Positions 20,919 through 31,532 of a stretch of DNA of 64,000 nucleotides are shown piece after piece. Source of the stretch: a virus. The notes beneath the pieces are model-generated. The model was not told the origin of the DNA. It made no database searches and saw only the letters and a program-made list of their open reading frames with translations. How positions within the stretch are numbered: the stretch's first letter is position 1; each line of letters begins with the position of its first letter. Both the position numbers and the translations under genes were made by a program. The stretch is taken from positions 32,001 to 96,000 of the IMG/VR virus record IMGVR_UViG_3300031857_000028; one strand, written 5' to 3'.

Positions 20919-21773
20919 TTAAGTTTCTAACGAAAATACGTGAACCGATGCGGTTACACTTTGAGAAGAACCTACTGATGCAAGATTCTCTATCATATAG
21001 TAAATTTCATGTTTTCCCGCAAGTGTGGAAAAACTATTCTTAATAATATTCAAGTCCGTTCCCATATTTTGTATATTTGCTCCAATAATTTTTGGTACAA
21101 AATAGGTAGTCTCACTTCCCGTTAAAATTGCATCTAACAGTAACGTGTTTGTTTGTGTTTCCGATGCATACGGTCTATTTTTTTCGGTAGTATTATTTAA
21201 GATTGGTTGTGTATTATAAAATCGTACTCGTATGGGTGCCGAAGTGTTACTAACTGATGCACTTACAAATAAGTAGGTTCGTGGAATATCAGCATTCGTA
21301 ACTGAACCACTTGCTAATTGTCCTGGTGACAGTGATACTTGTATTGATGGTAATTCTACACGACTATCTGTACTAATTACTGAATCTTCTAATAAGTATC
21401 TACCAAATGTCAATCTAGGTACTGATGGTGCGTTATCTATTTTATAATAGGTTAATTTTGTTGATGGTGTACCAACCACACCATATAGTGCGGGGTCAAT
21501 CGTATATGTGCCCGCAGCCATCGTAAAATCACCTATTAATGAAATCGATGCAGGAATATTTGTATCACCAAATGCACGTGACTGCTCTGTCAAATTATTT
21601 AGACTATCTAAATTGTCATACAAACGCAGTCTACATGACGTATTTGACTGAATTGCATATAACACGTATGCAGAACCTAAATCAACAGATCCTGATCCTG
21701 CTACGTCTGTTAATATTTCGATATTATCCCGTGTTAAACTTGCACCGGCTTGTAAATATTCTTTTAATCCCAT
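20919..21773 (-). CDS. Putative virion structural protein with two similar beta-rich halves
   Basis: CRLRLYDN..SRAF and IRVRFYNT..NRPY internal similarity; first gene after a late-promoter-like motif. Confidence 0.55.
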   Translation of the reverse strand: MGLKEYLQAGASLTRDNIEILTDVAGSGSVDLGSAYVLYAIQSNTSCRLRLYDNLDSLNNLTEQSRAFGDTNIPASISLIGDFTMAAGTYTIDPALYGVVGTPSTKLTYYKIDNAPSVPRLTFGRYLLEDSVISTDSRVELPSIQVSLSPGQLASGSVTNADIPRTYLFVSASVSNTSAPIRVRFYNTQPILNNTTEKNRPYASETQTNTLLLDAILTGSETTYFVPKIIGANIQNMGTDLNIIKNSFSTLAGKHEIYYMIENLASVGSSQSVTASVHVFSLET

Positions 21774-21797
21774 GGAGTTTTATATTTAATGTCTGTA

Positions 21798-21805
21798 TAT
21801 AAATA
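21798..21805 (-). promoter_or_regulatory. Putative late promoter TATTTATA heading the mucin/glycosyltransferase operon
   Basis: 25 nt upstream of the ATG at 21773. Confidence 0.6.
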
Positions 21806-21852
21806 TGTACTCATGTCCATATCCTACAGAATTTACTCATAAATATGTTAAT

Positions 21853-22053
21853 TTAAAATGGCGTAGTTATCCACGCAGTTCCATTCCAATACTTCACAGG
21901 TTTAATTTGCCACGTAGAACCGTCCCATACTTTCATGGGCTTTGCTATCCATTGTGCACCATCCCACACTTTAATTTGTCCCGTGGTTCCAACGACTGCA
22001 CTTTGTAAATCTGCGGCCGCAGGAAGCAGTGGTTGATAAATCCATGTAGACAT
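21853..22053 (-). CDS. Small fibre-associated protein with KVWDG repeats
   Basis: KVWDGAQW / KVWDGSTW / KYWNGTAW. Confidence 0.65.
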   Translation of the reverse strand: MSTWIYQPLLPAAADLQSAVVGTTGQIKVWDGAQWIAKPMKVWDGSTWQIKPVKYWNGTAWITTPF

Positions 22054-22054
22054 A

Positions 22055-22408
22055 CTATGCTACTCTTCGGATTGACCAGAGAACTGTGATAGTTCCTCCT
22101 GCAATCGTGGTTAATGTGACATCCCACCCATGTAATAGTATCAACGAAGGGCTAACCCATGTATCGGTCATGGTTCCCGTAATAAACGATTCGTAAATAA
22201 TACGCTGTGCGTCACCAGCGCCTGTGCATTTTTCATATACACGAATACGTAATTCGTCTCCCGCAACCATATCTGATGTATCTAAAAAGACTTGATACAC
22301 TCCGTCATCTACTTCTGCGTTAATGGCAGAATAGGTTGCGTTATTTGGCGCAGAAAATTCGGTTGCACCAATTGCTGCCGTTCCACTAAATGCTTGCGTT
22401 ATTGCCAT
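22055..22408 (-). CDS. Hypothetical virion protein
   Basis: Beta-rich 117-aa ORF within the fibre cluster. Confidence 0.55.
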   Translation of the reverse strand: MAITQAFSGTAAIGATEFSAPNNATYSAINAEVDDGVYQVFLDTSDMVAGDELRIRVYEKCTGAGDAQRIIYESFITGTMTDTWVSPSLILLHGWDVTLTTIAGGTITVLWSIRRVA

Positions 22409-22411
22409 ATC

Positions 22412-23272
22412 TTACCCTCCAGCCGCAACTACGACGGCATTATAGTTACCTGTTTCGTTGGCACCACTGTTTTGTCCACGTATATAAATATTACTTCCTG
22501 CGGGAACTGGGAATTCACATGCACCTAGTAACGGGATATTATTGAAAGATTCTGCGGTTGCCCCTTGACGTATTGGTACGTCTTTTAAAATAACTCTGGT
22601 TCCCGCCACTGTTCCATCCCCGACGCCTACGTCAACGAGAATCGTAGTGGTTGCAGCATATGAAGTATCACTTGCCGTTCCTTGAACGCCTACTTGCCAC
22701 CACCATAAGTCTCGTATAGTAGACCCTAATAACGTCCATGTTCCATTTGCCGCTGTAACCGATGGGACAAAGTTTGTTCCTTCAAATGTACTTTCACCAA
22801 TAGATTCTGCATACGTAGCAATACGTTGAGCGGATGGGTTCAGTGGTTTATGATAGAATTGAGCAAACACACGAATTGCGGTATTCACCGACCCAAACGC
22901 TTGTGCTCCTACCGCTGACCCCGAGGGGATAAAAATGGGAAAGAAATAGTATTGTGCATTTCCTTCAGTTATGAACGTGGGAGCGCCACCGGCTACTAGA
23001 TTCGGTATTACTGTAGTGAATGTGGTACCACCCGCTAAATCGACGCCAATATTTACCACTGTACGTCTAGATGCGTTGTTCGCACTGTTAGAATTGACAC
23101 CGATTAATATTCCATATGAATCATCTGTCAAGTCTAATCCAACTTGTGCATAGGCACCAAACCCAACCGTACCTGGCGTAACTGATGTTCCTTGTGCGGC
23201 AACGGGTCGAGTTCCCGCCGTTGATGCTGATACGAATCCAAAGACGTTTCCACCACCTGGCACATATAACAT
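22412..23272 (-). CDS. Hypothetical virion protein with two repeated domains
   Basis: FFPIFIPSGS and FPVPAGS, VNIGV and VDVGV internal duplication. Confidence 0.55.
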   Translation of the reverse strand: MLYVPGGGNVFGFVSASTAGTRPVAAQGTSVTPGTVGFGAYAQVGLDLTDDSYGILIGVNSNSANNASRRTVVNIGVDLAGGTTFTTVIPNLVAGGAPTFITEGNAQYYFFPIFIPSGSAVGAQAFGSVNTAIRVFAQFYHKPLNPSAQRIATYAESIGESTFEGTNFVPSVTAANGTWTLLGSTIRDLWWWQVGVQGTASDTSYAATTTILVDVGVGDGTVAGTRVILKDVPIRQGATAESFNNIPLLGACEFPVPAGSNIYIRGQNSGANETGNYNAVVVAAGG

Positions 23273-23541
23273 TACACACTCTCCTTGTTTCGTATATAGG
23301 TAATAAAATCTGCTATTTTATCTACGGTTATAAATCCCAGTACGTCATCACTACTATTCTCAAATATATAGGGAGAATTTGTATTGTCCCACGCACGAAT
23401 TTCTGCGTTGGTGGAATCGTTATATTCTGTTTCAAATTGGTTATCACTCAACGTATTTGGTCCAAATTGTATAGACACTTTCCATCCATTAGAGAATGTC
23501 ATGTCAAAACCACTATAATCTGTTTGATTAATATGTAACAT
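23272..23541 (-). CDS. Hypothetical protein
   Basis: GFDMTFSNGWKVSIQFG...DDVLGF; coupled to neighbouring genes. Confidence 0.55.
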   Translation of the reverse strand: MLHINQTDYSGFDMTFSNGWKVSIQFGPNTLSDNQFETEYNDSTNAEIRAWDNTNSPYIFENSSDDVLGFITVDKIADFITYIRNKESV

Positions 23542-23552
23542 ATAGTATCCTA

Positions 23553-24902
23553 TTAATTAGTATCTACCCACAAATCGTTGATTGCGGGACTTGATGGGGC
23601 CGTGGTACCTACGGTGATGCGTAGTGCTACGGGATTGAATTGTGCAAGTGATCCAGTAAACGACCCCGTGAATGATCCAGTAATCCCAGCGGAAGCACTA
23701 ATACTTCCGTTCACCGATAGTGTGTTACGTAAATTGGTCGTAGTATTAATGCCAACGTTTCCACTGGAGCTAATGAATACTCGTGTTGTTGCCGTGCTGT
23801 CTCGACCACCAGCAAACAATCGAATATTACCAGTTGAAACAGGTGAGGCATTCCCGATATCTAATTCACCCACACTAGAGGTAAAATATACATACCCGTC
23901 CGATGGACCACCAACCAATCCTCCATTATACGTGGTGCTATTAATACCTAAATCAATATAATTACCAGAATCCGTGGTATTATTTGATGATACTACAATG
24001 TCCGAACTTGCATTATTTCCCGCCGAAAAATTGACTACTTCTAATTCAAAAAAGCTATCTGTGCTACCACTGATAATTACTGGACTGTTATTATTTGAAC
24101 TTGACATTAACAATGATCCGCTAATTTCTTGATTCCCGATAATATGGGATGACCCTGTAATCTTCAATGATCCAGAAATGTTTACTTCTCGTCTATTGTT
24201 TACCTTAAACACATCAATACTAGCAGATGTTAATGTAAACAAATCACTAGATGAATCATCCGTAACTTCAAACAATTGCCCATCATTACCAATTATTGTA
24301 AATAATGCAGAACCACTTCCACGTAACACCGTGGAACCAGTTACTCTCAATGCGGGAATTATTCCACTTCCAGAAAGAATTAATGAACCTGAAATTACGG
24401 CGGGAGTTGTTCTTCCATCATACGGGAACGTACTGCCACCCGGACCACCACCGGTACCAACTGATGCAGTCGTAAAGATTTGGTTTGTTGCCGTATTCAA
24501 GACCAATACTTTGTTTGTTGCGGTCGTATCAGCCAAATTATTTAATTGAACATTTGACGAAGTGATATTTCCAATAAATGACCCTGTAAAACTTCCGGTA
24601 TTAATTTGTGCGGAAGAAGATACCACTCCCGATGGAAGTATGTACGTTGATGCAAACGAGGCAGTGGTTGCGAAGGACGCCGTTGTCGCAAACGAAGCGG
24701 TAGTTGGTGTAAATGTAATAGAGGTTGCCGCTGACGCAGTTATTGCATTATTTGCCCAACTACTCGTTCCGAACAACGACCCAGTAAGGCCCCCGTTAGC
24801 AAATTGCGAGGCACCTGAAATAATCAAGGAACCCGAAAGTATCGTGCTCCCAGTGACTTCTAATTGGTTGAAACTACCTGTGTCCGTAAAAAATATTGGC
24901 AT
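23553..24902 (-). CDS. Tail fibre-like protein
   Basis: TGS/SAS repeats, GNVGINTT fibre motif, C-terminal APSSPAINDLWVDT. Confidence 0.7.
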   Translation of the reverse strand: MPIFFTDTGSFNQLEVTGSTILSGSLIISGASQFANGGLTGSLFGTSSWANNAITASAATSITFTPTTASFATTASFATTASFASTYILPSGVVSSSAQINTGSFTGSFIGNITSSNVQLNNLADTTATNKVLVLNTATNQIFTTASVGTGGGPGGSTFPYDGRTTPAVISGSLILSGSGIIPALRVTGSTVLRGSGSALFTIIGNDGQLFEVTDDSSSDLFTLTSASIDVFKVNNRREVNISGSLKITGSSHIIGNQEISGSLLMSSSNNNSPVIISGSTDSFFELEVVNFSAGNNASSDIVVSSNNTTDSGNYIDLGINSTTYNGGLVGGPSDGYVYFTSSVGELDIGNASPVSTGNIRLFAGGRDSTATTRVFISSSGNVGINTTTNLRNTLSVNGSISASAGITGSFTGSFTGSLAQFNPVALRITVGTTAPSSPAINDLWVDTN

Positions 24903-24944
24903 ATCTATATGTTGTATTAAATGTCTATACGATAAATAGTAGTA

Positions 24945-26168
24945 TTATCTGTAACTAATACGAATTAATCCTTGTGCTCCTGCTCCACCTGAACGGTTTG
25001 CTCCGGATACTTTTGCAGCGCCGCCGCCAGCACCACCATAATTTTCTCCTGGATTTCCGTTGACTCCTTGTGTGGATGCAAGTGCAAAGGTACCTCCAGC
25101 CCCACCGAAATCAAACGAGGTACCGGAAATACCATACGAACCAGCTCCAAGTCCACCACGACCCCCTCCTTGTCCCGAAGGAATACCCGTACTACCGGCT
25201 TCTCCGTTTTGATCAAATCCTGAAAACACCACATCACCAATTCCTCCATTTATAGAACCTGTGGGTACGTTTTCAGTTATATCAGAACTGTTGGCTGGAC
25301 CTCCAGTTCCTCCTTTTGCCACCACAACATTCGTATCCCACGTTGTATCATTACCAGTTGCCCCATTTCCAGTAGTTCCTGCAACCGATGCTGCCACAGA
25401 ATATGAAATAGATTGCTGTGCAGACCCGTATGTTATCGTTTTTCTAGCGTATTGACCTCCCGCACCCCCGTGCCCCGCCTGATTATTAAGCGTTGCACCG
25501 CCACCAGCACCGCCACCACCCCAACATTCCACGATAACTTCCGTAACTCCCAACGGTTTGGTCCAACTTCCAGCACCTGGTGTGGTGAACGTTTGTACTG
25601 TATATGCACGAGTTTCTATTGGTGTCCCGATTATACCTACCACTTGAGCCGAATATAATTGATTTATAGGCGTTAAAGTTGCTGGATCTGAAAAATTTTC
25701 TGGACCCAAGATAAGCCAATATGCATAAAATCCATTAATAATAGTTGGTTGCCACGTTGATGGTGAACTGATAAATATATCTACCTTACCCGAAGGTGGA
25801 TATGCATCTGCTGATAACTTGGCTGGTGTAGAACGTATATCCCAATTAACTCCGTTGTAAAAATACGTTGTTAATTGACGAGGTGAAAAAAAATCATCTG
25901 AAAGGTTATTCGTGAATGTAAATTGTATTGTTTGTACCCTTGCATTAAAACCTAATATATTATATTGTCCATTCAAATAAGTATTATCAAATGAAATTCC
26001 ATCTGATGGAAACGTCCCTGTGTTTGGTGGAGACAAGTTTACAGTATTATATGTTTGTAGCGTAGAATACGCATAGGTAAAATTTGTTGGAGCTATCGGT
26101 ATATTTGAAAAATCACATATAACAGATTTATTAGAAATTTTAACTCCTTTAGATAATCGTATACCCAT
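24945..26168 (-). CDS. Glycine-rich fibre or adhesin protein
   Basis: WTKPLGVTEVIVECWGGGGAGG ... GGAGAQGLIRISY glycine-rich domain. Confidence 0.7.
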   Translation of the reverse strand: MGIRLSKGVKISNKSVICDFSNIPIAPTNFTYAYSTLQTYNTVNLSPPNTGTFPSDGISFDNTYLNGQYNILGFNARVQTIQFTFTNNLSDDFFSPRQLTTYFYNGVNWDIRSTPAKLSADAYPPSGKVDIFISSPSTWQPTIINGFYAYWLILGPENFSDPATLTPINQLYSAQVVGIIGTPIETRAYTVQTFTTPGAGSWTKPLGVTEVIVECWGGGGAGGGATLNNQAGHGGAGGQYARKTITYGSAQQSISYSVAASVAGTTGNGATGNDTTWDTNVVVAKGGTGGPANSSDITENVPTGSINGGIGDVVFSGFDQNGEAGSTGIPSGQGGGRGGLGAGSYGISGTSFDFGGAGGTFALASTQGVNGNPGENYGGAGGGAAKVSGANRSGGAGAQGLIRISYR

Positions 26169-26171
26169 ATG

Positions 26172-29100
26172 TTAATTTTCTCCGTATGCGGTTGCAATCC
26201 AATACGTAGTACCAGCTAACCCAGTGTTACTATTTGCATTAATTACGAAACTTCCCGCAAGTTTACTTTCAATCGTCCATGACCGTGCATCTTCTCCAGT
26301 AACCGTGATTGCGTAATTTGTATTCGGAAACGCCGTGGTAAACGTCACCGTTGCTTTTCGTGGGTTGCCGGCAAACGAGGTATTTGTCACATTTCCTGCT
26401 TTGGAGCGTAAGACATTTGATGCAAATGATGAGGTAGTAGCAAATGAACTACTACCTAACAACGAACCGGAGAAAGACCCAGTAAACGACCCCGTACTGA
26501 TTTGTAACGAACTTGATACCGTGCCTACTGGCAAGAATGCAATTACTTGAGCAGAACTACTAACAATATTAGCTGGAATATTTTGGAGTTGCGTGTAACT
26601 AATTTGTGTTGAAGAAGATACCACCCCCTCGGTATTTAATTCCTTTTTCACACCGTCTAGGAAATGAACTGAACTTGTATCCAGTGTAATAGTTCCTGTA
26701 GAGTTGATAGTACCGCCTGTCAATCCATTACCTGCCACTATTGATGTAACTCCACCAATACTCGGAGCCCATGACGCCGATGTGGCAAATGACGAACTTA
26801 CAGAATTACTTGCCCAACTTGCCGTGGCAATTAATGAACCAGTAACGGTTAATCCATTAGTAAAATTACCACTACCCGAGACATCTAATGTGTACTGTGG
26901 AGTGGGAGTTAATATACCTACTTTTGCTTGTGCGGATAAACTGGATGTTACCGTTGTTGGCGAATTAACAAAATCACTGGAGCTGTGGATACCTGTTGCA
27001 AATAATAATCCGCCCAAATTCATGAAATTTGTAGAATTATTGGGTACTGCTATTCCATTTCCAATAACAATAGTATTACTACCCGTTAAAATTGATGACG
27101 TTGGTTGTCCGGCGGAAACTCCAATATTAATTGAAAATGGAGTACTGGCATTTTTCCCCGCCCCATGACCAATATTTGTGGAATAATTTATTGATTTACT
27201 GTTATTGGTGGCATTACCAGTAAACCTTCCAGCGTCACGGCCAATATTTATTGAACCAGCAGATGAACTGACCCCCAATCCTGCAAGGGTGCCAATATTT
27301 ACGGAATATTCCGACAGATCTGTATATGCTCCCGCATATTCACCTATTGCAATTCTTCGTGAACCACTATTACCGAATTCGCCTGCATAATATCCTATAT
27401 TAATTGCATAAGTGGCACGTTGTACATTACTACCGGCGTACTCTCCTATAGAGATAGCATAATCTACATATTTTGAAAATACACCCGGTCGTGAACCGAT
27501 TGATACTGTGTTTCCTGAACCCGTGGTATTTGCGTTTGCCGACAAGCCTATTGCAACCACCTGACCGGCGCCAACGTTTGAGTTGGCACTTGCGAGTGGT
27601 CCAATTATAACGTCACTAAAAAATGTACCTCCCCGAGCTGCAGTCCCTGCACCAATATATACTCCAGAATTGGTACTGTTTGTAAGGGAAGATGAAAATA
27701 ACGAATGTGAACCTATAACAATAATGCCGTTGGGGTTGTTAGTCAACAAGCCTGCCGCATTGGCACCAAGTATTACTGAGCCCGTTGGGATAACGCCCGA
27801 CCTGCTAACTTCAAAAGATACTAATGAACTATTTACTACCTGTAGTGGATATGATGACGATACTGCATTTGTTGTAAATGATGACGATATACTAAAACTT
27901 GATGTAACTGCTCTACTTGAACTTGTAGCAAACGATGCCGATATTGTTAGACTTGATGTTGGCGCAAAGGATGCAGTTGCTGGAGTAAAGGTGATGGAGT
28001 TGGCCGCACTTGCCGTAATTGCATTAACTGCATTAGTTGCCCAACTTGCCGTCCCAAACATCGTACCAACATTTGTAATATCATTTCCACCCAACGACAG
28101 AGTTCCTGCCATTGCACGAGCACCGTTGACCAACAAATATTGTGTGTGGTCATCGGCATCTAATCCTAAGAGATTTCCGTGAACAGATGAAGCATTTACA
28201 CCGGTTGCTCTAAATCCAATTATTGGACGGATATCTTGAATTTGAGTAATATTTGCCGAACCGGATTGTACATACACTGCGGCCAACGGTACCACCCCAT
28301 CATTAAAATACGATGGAATAGATGGTAAGTTTGCATTTTCCGCTTCAACAAGGGTAGAATATTGATTACTATTTAATATCAAGAAATATTTTTCATCAGC
28401 ACCATCACCCACCAAGTAGACTGTATGCTTCGTATAAGCAGATGCGGACATTGCAACTAGGGCACTACTTGATGCATATACATTATTTGGAACGATTGAT
28501 GACGTATATCGTGCCCATGCCGATGCACTTGGATAATATTGCGTAAGATTTATAGAGGATGTTCCTATCGGAGTAAACTCGTTTTCCGAGAAGAAATACG
28601 TTCCTTGTGTAACATCTAATTTAAATGGGGTTACGTTTTGTGTTACTGTTGATCCTGCGGCAAATACTGGTCCCAAGGCTTTTCTATTGAACGTAGAAAG
28701 CTTGTTAGCCATGTGTTCACCGTTATACAACGTTTGGTCAATAAATTCTACCTTTGTATCGTTGGTGACAACTCTTCCAAGAATAATATTCGTTTCATTA
28801 TCTGGAATTGTACCCGCAGATGTTAATGTTCCAGCATCCGTAATGTAAATATAGTTATTGGAATTTGCCGTTAATGTAAGAGTACCATCCACCCAATCCA
28901 ATCTCTTGTATACATCTGTATCTATGGTATCTTGTAAGTATCCGAATCCACTTGCCGCAGTAATACCAAATCCACTTCCAGTAGTAATAGTCCCACCTTG
29001 CATGACACCCATTGGTGAACCCTTAAAGATAAGGGTTGTTGCGTCCGTATGCGTACCATCAGCAAAGGTGACGGATAACTTACGAGTTACGTCATTTTCA

Positions 29101-31499
29101 CCGTCTTCATCGTCTAAGAAGTTCCAGTAAAAGTTTTCACTATTATTATTAATTTTTGTGTGATTGGATACACCTTGATATCGTCCACGAGTTGATGAAT
29201 TTTGAACATCAAAATCATAGGTGCCCGTATCGTGAATCATACCACCAACAATTCTAAATTCTGGTCCATTTCCTCCTGCTGGAATAACTAGTCCATAGTC
29301 AGGATTTTGAATGTCTACTGCGGCGGCTTCTAATACCGCCCCATTTTCCATTCGTATCGCCGTGGAATTTGCTGTACCGTCACCTTGGTACTTTGCCGCA
29401 TATAAACTTAAACTTGCACTTGGTCCCGCTATATAATTACCAATAACAGCACTTGCCGATGGGAACAAGTAGTAGTTTTCCATATTGGCATCAACTACGG
29501 TACCGTTACTTGACGATACATACGTACCGTAACTGAATGTTCCATTCATATCGACATATTCACCGAAGAATGATGTTGCTGCTGTATTACCAATTACTTT
29601 AACACCGTAATCACAATCATAAATGGATATTTTGTGAACCAGTGCAAATCCATCCAAATCAGTTGCATCAAACGCCGCACATCCAACACCGGAACCTCGC
29701 AGTGTCATAAATGATACTTCACTCGTATTACCGAGTTTGAAGATGTTATGATTGCTTCCAGAGGCAATTACTTCTGTGGCTTGAATGTCCGACCCGAATA
29801 TACTGACATATGGTTTATTAGTTAAATCAATTTCACTTTCAGTAAATTGACCAGGACCAACTTCAATGATATATCTATTATTTTCAGATGAGTCGGTGAT
29901 ATATGCTACGGATGCACTGATAGAGGTGAAGTCTCCACCTTTCTTTGCAACGGTAATCTTTCGTGGGTCTTGTCCGACTTCGTATAGTGGAGCATTTAAG
30001 GCAATTTGTGTCTTTAAGAAATTGTCCGTACCTTGTACTTTACCCAACGACCCCGTATGTTCAATTGCTACGTCTGTCGTACAATTTTCAAAGTTTAAGG
30101 CAATTGCGTCAATACTTGGCGCAGAACCAGTCTGTGGTGCCCAAATACCCCGTATCCAACGTTGGAAGTTGACGCCTGTTAGTCGAAGTTGTCCACCATT
30201 ATATACTTTAAACCCCGTTCCTCGTGCCGCACCTGTTGCACGGGTTAACAAACATCCATTAACAATGAACGTACAGCCTGGTGCATCAGCAAGAGCAAAG
30301 ATTTGGTCATTGTCAGTTCCTGCAACACCACCGTTGGTAGACGTAACGTTACGTAATTGCATACGTCCGATACCACCATCGGACCCAGATGTCACGTAGA
30401 AACCAACATCAAATGATTTACTTCCCGAAGTGAACCCACCGTACTTGACGTTGGAACATTGGAGGATACAATTTCCACTACTTCCACTACCCACAACTTT
30501 TGCGTTTGTATAGTTGGTGCCAAATCGAACGTTTTCTACATACGCAATAGCGTTCGTTTGTGGTGTTGTTGGTGAAGAATATACGACAGCGGAGGTATTT
30601 GCAGCAGTAGACCCTTGTATCTGCATGTCAATGACCATTGTTTGGTCAGCCATGACGAAGATGGTATTTGCAGGGTTTGATGCAGAGACAACTGTGGAAA
30701 TAGACGAATCACCCTTAATTGCAATATACGGTTTTAACGTAATCGTATCTTCAATGTACACGCCGGGATATACACGCACCGTGTACGTATTTGCTGCAGA
30801 AGCGTCTGTAATGCTATCAACCGCTGCTTTGATTGATGTATAATTCGTGTTACTACCGGCAAGTCCCACCGTTACATAATTGTCAATAAATGATGGCGGT
30901 GTGTATGACGCAGAAGTTGCAAATGATGCACTTATTACATTACTTGCCCAACTGCTCGTACCAATCAATGTACCTGTGAATGAGCCGCTAAAACTACCAG
31001 TATTTATTTGTAATGACGATGATACCAATCCACTCGGTAATGTTAGCGGGGCAAAGGATGCAGAGGTAGCAAACGATGCCGTAGCAGGAGTAAAGGTAAT
31101 AGAGGTCGCCGCACTTGCCGTGGTAGCAAATGATGCCGTTCCTATCAATGAACCACTGAATGCACTTGCTGACACCACCCCTTGTACTTGCAACGGTGTA
31201 GTTGGTCGAGCCATACCAATACCAACACGACTTCCGGTCACCACCAACGTATTTTGGTTCAATGTTCCCATCACCACTCTATCATCACTAAATACTTCAA
31301 GAATGGGTAATCCTGAAATATCATTGACGCTCATGAGTGAGCCAGAGAGTTGATCAGTAATAGAGAATAATGACCCGCTGTTGCCGTAGAAAGCTACACC
31401 ACCGGACGCTTCTACTTGGAGACGAATCGTATCGTTATTTGCTGACCCACTAAATTGTATACTGGCGGCACCAGGTGTGATAAGAATATTATTTGGCAT
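26172..31499 (-). CDS. Large tail fibre or spike protein (beta-helix and YadA-like repeats)
   Basis: 1775 aa; two YTSIKAAV/FTSISASV...V.PG pectin-lyase-type starts; periodic xIG repeats; TASFA linkers. Confidence 0.75.
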   Translation of the reverse strand: MPNNILITPGAASIQFSGSANNDTIRLQVEASGGVAFYGNSGSLFSITDQLSGSLMSVNDISGLPILEVFSDDRVVMGTLNQNTLVVTGSRVGIGMARPTTPLQVQGVVSASAFSGSLIGTASFATTASAATSITFTPATASFATSASFAPLTLPSGLVSSSLQINTGSFSGSFTGTLIGTSSWASNVISASFATSASYTPPSFIDNYVTVGLAGSNTNYTSIKAAVDSITDASAANTYTVRVYPGVYIEDTITLKPYIAIKGDSSISTVVSASNPANTIFVMADQTMVIDMQIQGSTAANTSAVVYSSPTTPQTNAIAYVENVRFGTNYTNAKVVGSGSSGNCILQCSNVKYGGFTSGSKSFDVGFYVTSGSDGGIGRMQLRNVTSTNGGVAGTDNDQIFALADAPGCTFIVNGCLLTRATGAARGTGFKVYNGGQLRLTGVNFQRWIRGIWAPQTGSAPSIDAIALNFENCTTDVAIEHTGSLGKVQGTDNFLKTQIALNAPLYEVGQDPRKITVAKKGGDFTSISASVAYITDSSENNRYIIEVGPGQFTESEIDLTNKPYVSIFGSDIQATEVIASGSNHNIFKLGNTSEVSFMTLRGSGVGCAAFDATDLDGFALVHKISIYDCDYGVKVIGNTAATSFFGEYVDMNGTFSYGTYVSSSNGTVVDANMENYYLFPSASAVIGNYIAGPSASLSLYAAKYQGDGTANSTAIRMENGAVLEAAAVDIQNPDYGLVIPAGGNGPEFRIVGGMIHDTGTYDFDVQNSSTRGRYQGVSNHTKINNNSENFYWNFLDDEDGENDVTRKLSVTFADGTHTDATTLIFKGSPMGVMQGGTITTGSGFGITAASGFGYLQDTIDTDVYKRLDWVDGTLTLTANSNNYIYITDAGTLTSAGTIPDNETNIILGRVVTNDTKVEFIDQTLYNGEHMANKLSTFNRKALGPVFAAGSTVTQNVTPFKLDVTQGTYFFSENEFTPIGTSSINLTQYYPSASAWARYTSSIVPNNVYASSSALVAMSASAYTKHTVYLVGDGADEKYFLILNSNQYSTLVEAENANLPSIPSYFNDGVVPLAAVYVQSGSANITQIQDIRPIIGFRATGVNASSVHGNLLGLDADDHTQYLLVNGARAMAGTLSLGGNDITNVGTMFGTASWATNAVNAITASAANSITFTPATASFAPTSSLTISASFATSSSRAVTSSFSISSSFTTNAVSSSYPLQVVNSSLVSFEVSRSGVIPTGSVILGANAAGLLTNNPNGIIVIGSHSLFSSSLTNSTNSGVYIGAGTAARGGTFFSDVIIGPLASANSNVGAGQVVAIGLSANANTTGSGNTVSIGSRPGVFSKYVDYAISIGEYAGSNVQRATYAINIGYYAGEFGNSGSRRIAIGEYAGAYTDLSEYSVNIGTLAGLGVSSSAGSINIGRDAGRFTGNATNNSKSINYSTNIGHGAGKNASTPFSINIGVSAGQPTSSILTGSNTIVIGNGIAVPNNSTNFMNLGGLLFATGIHSSSDFVNSPTTVTSSLSAQAKVGILTPTPQYTLDVSGSGNFTNGLTVTGSLIATASWASNSVSSSFATSASWAPSIGGVTSIVAGNGLTGGTINSTGTITLDTSSVHFLDGVKKELNTEGVVSSSTQISYTQLQNIPANIVSSSAQVIAFLPVGTVSSSLQISTGSFTGSFSGSLLGSSSFATTSSFASNVLRSKAGNVTNTSFAGNPRKATVTFTTAFPNTNYAITVTGEDARSWTIESKLAGSFVINANSNTGLAGTTYWIATAYGEN

Positions 31500-31521
31500 A
31501 GTGTTTCTTAAAAGTTACCTA

Positions 31522-31529
31522 TATAAATA
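31522..31529 (-). promoter_or_regulatory. Putative late promoter TATTTATA
   Basis: 23 nt upstream of the ATG at 31499. Confidence 0.6.
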
Positions 31530-31532
31530 GTT

